Shown in pieces: positions 28,510 to 33,478 of a DNA stretch of 33,478 bases; position 1 is the stretch's first letter; each line of letters begins with the position of its first letter. The notes below the pieces were generated by a model. It ran no database searches. It saw only the letters and a list, made by a program, of their open reading frames with translations, and was not told the DNA's origin. This DNA comes from Nanobdellota archaeon (GTDB taxonomy: Archaea; Nanobdellota; Nanobdellia; Woesearchaeales; GW2011-AR15): the NCBI GenBank assembly GCA_018815145.1, contig JAHIYL010000157.1, positions 1 to 33,478 on the forward strand, written 5' to 3'. A program made the position numbers and the translations under genes.

Positions 28510-30940
28510 CTACATCAACACACTTGTCAGTTGGATTGAGCTTCATCAGTCTTACTCCCTGAGTATTTCTTCCTATTACAGATATGTATTTGCATGAGGT
28601 CCTAATTGCCATGCCATCTTTACTTATCATTATGAGCTCATCCTCATCTGTGACTGATTTTACTGCAACAACCTTGCCGTTTCTGTCAGTTGTCTGGATA
28701 TTGATGACACCGCTGCCGCCTCGATTGATAAGCCTGTATTCAGAGAAGATTGTCCTTTTTCCGTATCCATTCTCTGTGATTGTCAGAAGTGTCTTTTCAT
28801 CTTCAGCAATCACCATGCCTACCAGGACATCGTCTTTCTTGAGCCTCATCCCTATAACTCCTTTGGAATATCTGCCAAGAGGTCTTGCATCAGTCTCATT
28901 GAATTTGACTGCCTGCCCATTGCTGCTGGCAAGGATTATCCTTTTCTCACCATCAGTCAAGACAACATCAATCACATCATCTCCCTGGTCAAGATTTATA
29001 GCCCATATGCCTCCCTGTCTTGGTCTTGAGTAAAGAGCAAGATTTGTCTTTTTTATGATACCTTTTTTAGTCGCAAACATGAGGAAATGCTTATCATCAA
29101 ATTCTTTGATGGGAATCACAGCAGATATCTTTTCATCTTTTTCGATCCCTTCTATAAGATTGACTATTGCCTTGCCTTTTGAATACCTCCCAACTTCCGG
29201 GACTTTATAGACCTTGAGCCAATAGATCTTGCCTTTGTTGGAGAACACCAACATGTATGAATGTGTATTGGCTATGAAAATATGCTCGATCACATCCTCT
29301 TCTTTTGTCTCAGCTCCTATTACTCCTTTTCCACCCCTGTGCTGCTGCCGATAGGTGTCCAAAGGCTGTCTTTTGATATAACCTGCATGGCTTATTGTTA
29401 CAATACAGTCCTCTTCTGCAATAAGGTCTTCAATGTCTATATCTTCTTCATATTCAATGATCTTTGTCCTTCTCTCATCACCATAAGTCTCTTTGACATA
29501 CGTGAGCTCTTCAATTATCATATTGAGAACAGATTGTCTGTCCGACAGTATCTGTTTGTACTTTTCAATCAACTTTTTTATTTGTTCAAACTCATCATTT
29601 ATCTTCTGCCGTTCCAATGAAGCAAGTTTCTGCAGCCTCATCTCAAGGATTGCTTTTGCCTGGAGTTCAGATAGAGAATAATCTGCAATCAGCATCTCAT
29701 TTGCCTGGTTCACGTCTTCACTTGCCCTTATCTTTTTTATGATTTCATCAATATTATTGAGTGCAATGATCAGACCTTCAAGGATATGCGCTCTTTCCTC
29801 TGCTTTTTTTAGTTCATACTCAGTCCTTTTTGTAATCACATCAATCCTGTGGGTGATGTGGCTTTCCACCAATTCTTTCAGATTCATAATTTTAGGTATA
29901 TTGCCCTGAAGAGCCAGGAACATCACACCTTGTGTAGTCTCAAGCCTTGAATGTTTATACAGTTGGTTTATGACAATGTCTGAATTTGCATCTTTTTTCA
30001 ATTCAATTACAATCCGCATACCTTTTCTGTCTGATTCATCCCTAAGTCCTGAAATACCTTCAATCACCTTATCTTTGATCTGCGATGCAATATGTTCCAG
30101 CAACTGAGATTTATTCACCATATATGGGATTTCTTTTACAATCAAGATTTTTCTGTTCTTTTTCTCTTCAAAATCAATTTTTGCTCTAATCTTGACTTTT
30201 CCTCTTCCTGAAATATATGCATTTAATATCCCATTTCTTCCGCATAGCAGTCCGCCGGTAGGAAAATCAGGTCCCTGAACAATCTCAGCCAATTCTTTGA
30301 TTGATATCTCCTGATTCCTGATTGCTGCAATTATTGCATCAGCAATCTCATTTACATTATGCGGTGGAATGTTTGTTGCCATGCCTACAGCAATCCCAGA
30401 TGATCCATTTATCAGAAGATTAGGTATCAATGTGGGGAGAATCTTTGGCTCTTTGAGACTGCCATCAAAATTATCAGTAAAATCAACAGTCTCCTTGTCA
30501 ATATCTTTCAGAACATCACTTGATATCTTTGATAGTTTTGCTTCAGTATACCTCATCGCAGCTGCAGAATCTCCATCAATGCTTCCAAAATTTCCCTGTC
30601 CATTCACCAAAGGATATCTCAGAGACCAATCCTGAGCCATCCTGACCAGGGCCTCATACACAGATGAATCACCATGAGGATGATATTTACCCAACACTTC
30701 TCCAACAATCCTTGCACATTTTTTAAAGGTCTTATTATATTGCAGTCCAATCTCATTCATAGAATAAAGGATTCGCCTATGGACCGGCTTTAACCCGTCC
30801 CGGACATCAGGAAGGGCGCGGGAGACAATAACACTCATTGAATAGTCCATGAAGGATTTTTTCATCTCATCTTCGATAAGTGTATTCAATATCCTTGCAT
30901 CATCTTGTTGGCCTTTATCAGGTATTTTTTCTTCATCCAT
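28487..30940 (-). CDS. gyrA: DNA gyrase subunit A
   Basis: [29 protein letters not shown] catalytic Tyr, GyrA-box QHRGGKG, beta-pinwheel repeats. Confidence 0.97.
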   Translation of the reverse strand: MDEEKIPDKGQQDDARILNTLIEDEMKKSFMDYSMSVIVSRALPDVRDGLKPVHRRILYSMNEIGLQYNKTFKKCARIVGEVLGKYHPHGDSSVYEALVRMAQDWSLRYPLVNGQGNFGSIDGDSAAAMRYTEAKLSKISSDVLKDIDKETVDFTDNFDGSLKEPKILPTLIPNLLINGSSGIAVGMATNIPPHNVNEIADAIIAAIRNQEISIKELAEIVQGPDFPTGGLLCGRNGILNAYISGRGKVKIRAKIDFEEKKNRKILIVKEIPYMVNKSQLLEHIASQIKDKVIEGISGLRDESDRKGMRIVIELKKDANSDIVINQLYKHSRLETTQGVMFLALQGNIPKIMNLKELVESHITHRIDVITKRTEYELKKAEERAHILEGLIIALNNIDEIIKKIRASEDVNQANEMLIADYSLSELQAKAILEMRLQKLASLERQKINDEFEQIKKLIEKYKQILSDRQSVLNMIIEELTYVKETYGDERRTKIIEYEEDIDIEDLIAEEDCIVTISHAGYIKRQPLDTYRQQHRGGKGVIGAETKEEDVIEHIFIANTHSYMLVFSNKGKIYWLKVYKVPEVGRYSKGKAIVNLIEGIEKDEKISAVIPIKEFDDKHFLMFATKKGIIKKTNLALYSRPRQGGIWAINLDQGDDVIDVVLTDGEKRIILASSNGQAVKFNETDARPLGRYSKGVIGMRLKKDDVLVGMVIAEDEKTLLTITENGYGKRTIFSEYRLINRGGSGVINIQTTDRNGKVVAVKSVTDEDELIMISKDGMAIRTSCKYISVIGRNTQGVRLMKLNPTDKCVDVAKIVSEE

Positions 30941-31041
30941 TTTAAGTCGAGAAAAAGGTAATTCTCTCCCCCTTCATCTTAGAACCTTTTTTTATATTTA
31001 AAGGCTTTGGTTTTATCTAAAATCTTATTACAAATTTGATT

Positions 31042-32130
31042 TCAAAATAGGAATTTCCAATATCTCAGAAGCCTTGGCTCAACTGCAACTGCCTTTAGTC
31101 CCAGTTTGATAAGATTGTCACGCTCTTCCTCAAAAAGCAGTTTTTTCATACGTTTTTTGTTGCAGAGCATCACCAGTTCATTCCAGTCTTTTTCAGAGAA
31201 TCTATCCATAACTTTTCTGAATTGCGAATGAAAAAATAGCTCAAGCCCTATCTTCCTTTTCAATATCTCTGAATAAGATTTCTTTTTTATCAAAGCTGTC
31301 GCAAGACTTTTTGCACCTATCAATCCCTGAATTATTCCTCCTCCTGTCGTTGCTTTTACCTGGCATGCAGCATCTCCTACCAAAAAAATATTCTTCTTTT
31401 CAAAACTAAACTTATAATCATATATAGGAATTATTCCGGCCTGCATCTCAATGATACTGCTCTTTTTTATCTGCAGTTTTTTCAGAAAACTGTCAAAAAT
31501 CGGTTTTGGTCTATGATAAGACGCAATCCCTATCCTCACTGTGTCTTTGTCTTCAGGCACAATCCAGGCAAACTGTCCTATATATGGATAGAATTCTACA
31601 GCATTGTCATTAGGATATTTTATTCTTGCCTGATGCCCAAGCAGGAATTTTCTTTTTGTGTAGATAGCTGAAGATTTGGCAACTCTTGATTGCGGTCCAT
31701 CCGCACCTATAAGAAAATCTGTCTCAATTACATTTATTTTATCATCTTTTTTGACTTTGAATTCAATCTTACCATTCTTCTTCATGATGTCAATAAATTT
31801 TGCTCCCAAGATAAATTTTACTCCTTCTTTTTCTGCAATCTCCTTAAGATGTTGATCAAATTTTGCCCTGTCCAACACAAAATTTTCTTTGATTTTAAGC
31901 TCAATATATCTGCCTTCGGGAGAATATATCCTCACCCTGTTCACTTTGTTTACCACAAAACTGTCAGAAGGAGCTATGATATTCTTAAATAAATTACTCA
32001 CAATCCCTGTGCATTGGACCGGTTCACCTACTTTTTTATGCTCTTCAAATACAATGACTTTTCTCTTATTTTTTGCAAGCAGGTACGCAAGGTAATTCCC
32101 TACAGGTCCGGCACCTATGATTGAGATCAT
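31042..32130 (-). CDS. Geranylgeranyl reductase family flavoprotein
   Basis: IIGAGPVG, PVQCTG, LDRAKFD, GADG, FAWIVP, LVGDAACQVKATTGGGI. Confidence 0.9.
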   Translation of the reverse strand: MISIIGAGPVGNYLAYLLAKNKRKVIVFEEHKKVGEPVQCTGIVSNLFKNIIAPSDSFVVNKVNRVRIYSPEGRYIELKIKENFVLDRAKFDQHLKEIAEKEGVKFILGAKFIDIMKKNGKIEFKVKKDDKINVIETDFLIGADGPQSRVAKSSAIYTKRKFLLGHQARIKYPNDNAVEFYPYIGQFAWIVPEDKDTVRIGIASYHRPKPIFDSFLKKLQIKKSSIIEMQAGIIPIYDYKFSFEKKNIFLVGDAACQVKATTGGGIIQGLIGAKSLATALIKKKSYSEILKRKIGLELFFHSQFRKVMDRFSEKDWNELVMLCNKKRMKKLLFEEERDNLIKLGLKAVAVEPRLLRYWKFLF

Positions 32131-32287
32131 ATTCTGTTCTTAAGATTTATCAGTTCATTTAAATTAATTCCTGTAATACGTAGTCCCTGAAAAGTAGTCT
32201 AAAATAATAATATTTATATATAGGTTGTTGTTACTTGGTAGTAATTTATCGCATTATTCAAACTAAAAACAGATGGAGAAAGGGAAA

Positions 32288-33478
32288 ATGAATGCAAAAA
32301 ACATGTATCTTCTATTTTTGATTATCAGTTCAATTCTATTCATAAGCATAAGCAGTTCAGTCAATGCTGTCGGCACCTGCACAGGAAGCTGTGAAAGCGG
32401 ATCTCAATGCAATGTCTATGGAAACCCTAATCCCGGAAAAGTGTGGAGCTGCAAGAACACTGGTTCGTATTATGAATGCATCCAGACCAGTGCAGACAAT
32501 TGCGATTACCTTGACTGCAGCCTTGGGTGGAGAGACTGCGGCTGCGATGTATCCGGCTGTGAACAGAGATGTGAATCACAGTATGCAAATCAGCCTGGAT
32601 ATCATACAAGGACTGAATTCTGTGATGATTGCGGCCAGAAATTCACTTGTGATTGTTATATACAAGAAGTGCCTAATCTCTTCTGTGGAGATGGGGCAAT
32701 AAATCAATACTGGGAAAAATGCGACCTGAACGGAGACAACGGAAGAGACAAGAATAATGACGGCGTATTTGGTCCGGGCGAATGCAGAACCGACTGTACC
32801 TACTGCGGGGATGCTGATACACAATTCTATACTGAAGCCTGTGACTATAAAGACACTATATACAAGAATTGTGCAACCTTTCCTAATGATCCAAATTGCT
32901 GCAGAGACAATTCTTATGGAAGAAATATGTGCACCTACTGTGGCGACGGTAAAGTACAGACCGGTCTTGAAGAGTGCGAATACAAATCTCATTGCACTGC
33001 AATCACCGGAAAAATTCTCCTGTCATGCAATTCTGATTGCGTTTGTGTATATGAAGATGCTTTTGGATGCATAGATGGATATAAAAGAGATACTACCGGA
33101 ATCGGTCTTCCTCTTTGGGAAATAACAACAGAATATGTGAATGATCCAAGCATCCGGTACATTGCATATACTGATTCATCAGGATATTACAAATTTCCTC
33201 AGTTGATAATCGGCACGTGGAAAGTGACTGAGACAATGAAATCAGGATGGGCTGTTGCCAGCGGGTACTCAATAAGCTACAATAAATATGTTTCTGTGGG
33301 TTCTACTTGTGCTGTTGCAAATTTTAAGAATAAGCAAGTGCCGACTCTCGGATGTGTTGAAGGCATCAAAAGAGATGATAACCATATAGGGCTTTCGGGA
33401 TGGACAATACATGCTAAAAAAGTCGGACAGCCTGATTCAAGCGGAAAGACTGCTGTCACCGGAAGTGACGGCAGCTAT
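32288..33478 (+). CDS. Cys-rich secreted/surface protein with CGDG repeats and Cna-B/SdrD-B-like repeats, 3'-truncated (absent from ORF track)
   Basis: Hand translation is open to the window end: MNAKNMYLLFLIISSILFISISSSVNA signal peptide; FCGDGAINQYWEKCD, YCGDADTQFYTEACD, YCGDGKVQTGLEECE; then GCIDGYKRD...GLPLWEI and GCVEGIKRD...GLSGWTI. TATA at ~32212-32221. Confidence 0.88.
   Translation, partial: MNAKNMYLLFLIISSILFISISSSVNAVGTCTGSCESGSQCNVYGNPNPGKVWSCKNTGSYYECIQTSADNCDYLDCSLGWRDCGCDVSGCEQRCESQYANQPGYHTRTEFCDDCGQKFTCDCYIQEVPNLFCGDGAINQYWEKCDLNGDNGRDKNNDGVFGPGECRTDCTYCGDADTQFYTEACDYKDTIYKNCATFPNDPNCCRDNSYGRNMCTYCGDGKVQTGLEECEYKSHCTAITGKILLSCNSDCVCVYEDAFGCIDGYKRDTTGIGLPLWEITTEYVNDPSIRYIAYTDSSGYYKFPQLIIGTWKVTETMKSGWAVASGYSISYNKYVSVGSTCAVANFKNKQVPTLGCVEGIKRDDNHIGLSGWTIHAKKVGQPDSSGKTAVTGSDGSY

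Noticed and set aside
28584..30635. Plus-strand ORFs opposite gyrA
   Set aside because: Antisense shadows with Ser/Phe/Leu-rich composition typical of the reverse frame.
30950..30967. GAGAA...TTCTC hairpin in the gyrA leader
   Set aside because: Only a 5-bp AT-rich stem, expected by chance.
32364..33459. Five short track ORFs at the window end
   Set aside because: All overlap the real open frame starting at 32288, which has a signal peptide and recognisable repeats.

Overview
AT-rich archaeal window. Archaeal MBF1, TATA/BRE-type promoters, a COG1750 Lon-like protease, a PGF-pre-PGF surface protein and a bacterial-type gyrA point to a DPANN lineage such as Woesearchaeota (inference, no search run). 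Housekeeping genes are topA, gyrA, aMBF1, a THUMP methyltransferase-like protein, a DHH phosphoesterase and a geranylgeranyl reductase. A ~17 kb cell-surface/glycan region (8.5-25.5 kb) holds an epimerase, two AglB/GT-C-like membrane proteins, a UgtP/MGDG-synthase-like GT28, two processive GT2 synthases co-encoded with thioredoxin/DsbA-fold proteins, and a 2210-aa modular surface glycoprotein. One intact 1496-bp IS701-like element (19-bp terminal inverted repeats, 5-bp ATTAG target duplication) carries an unannotated AbrB-like gene with its own promoter and an operator-like palindrome. An orphan promoter at ~1600 precedes a candidate ~120-nt structured ncRNA with mutually exclusive SD/anti-SD pairings and a cUNCGg hairpin. 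A Cys-rich secreted protein missed by the ORF track runs off the 3' end. Several enzyme homologues lack their catalytic motifs.
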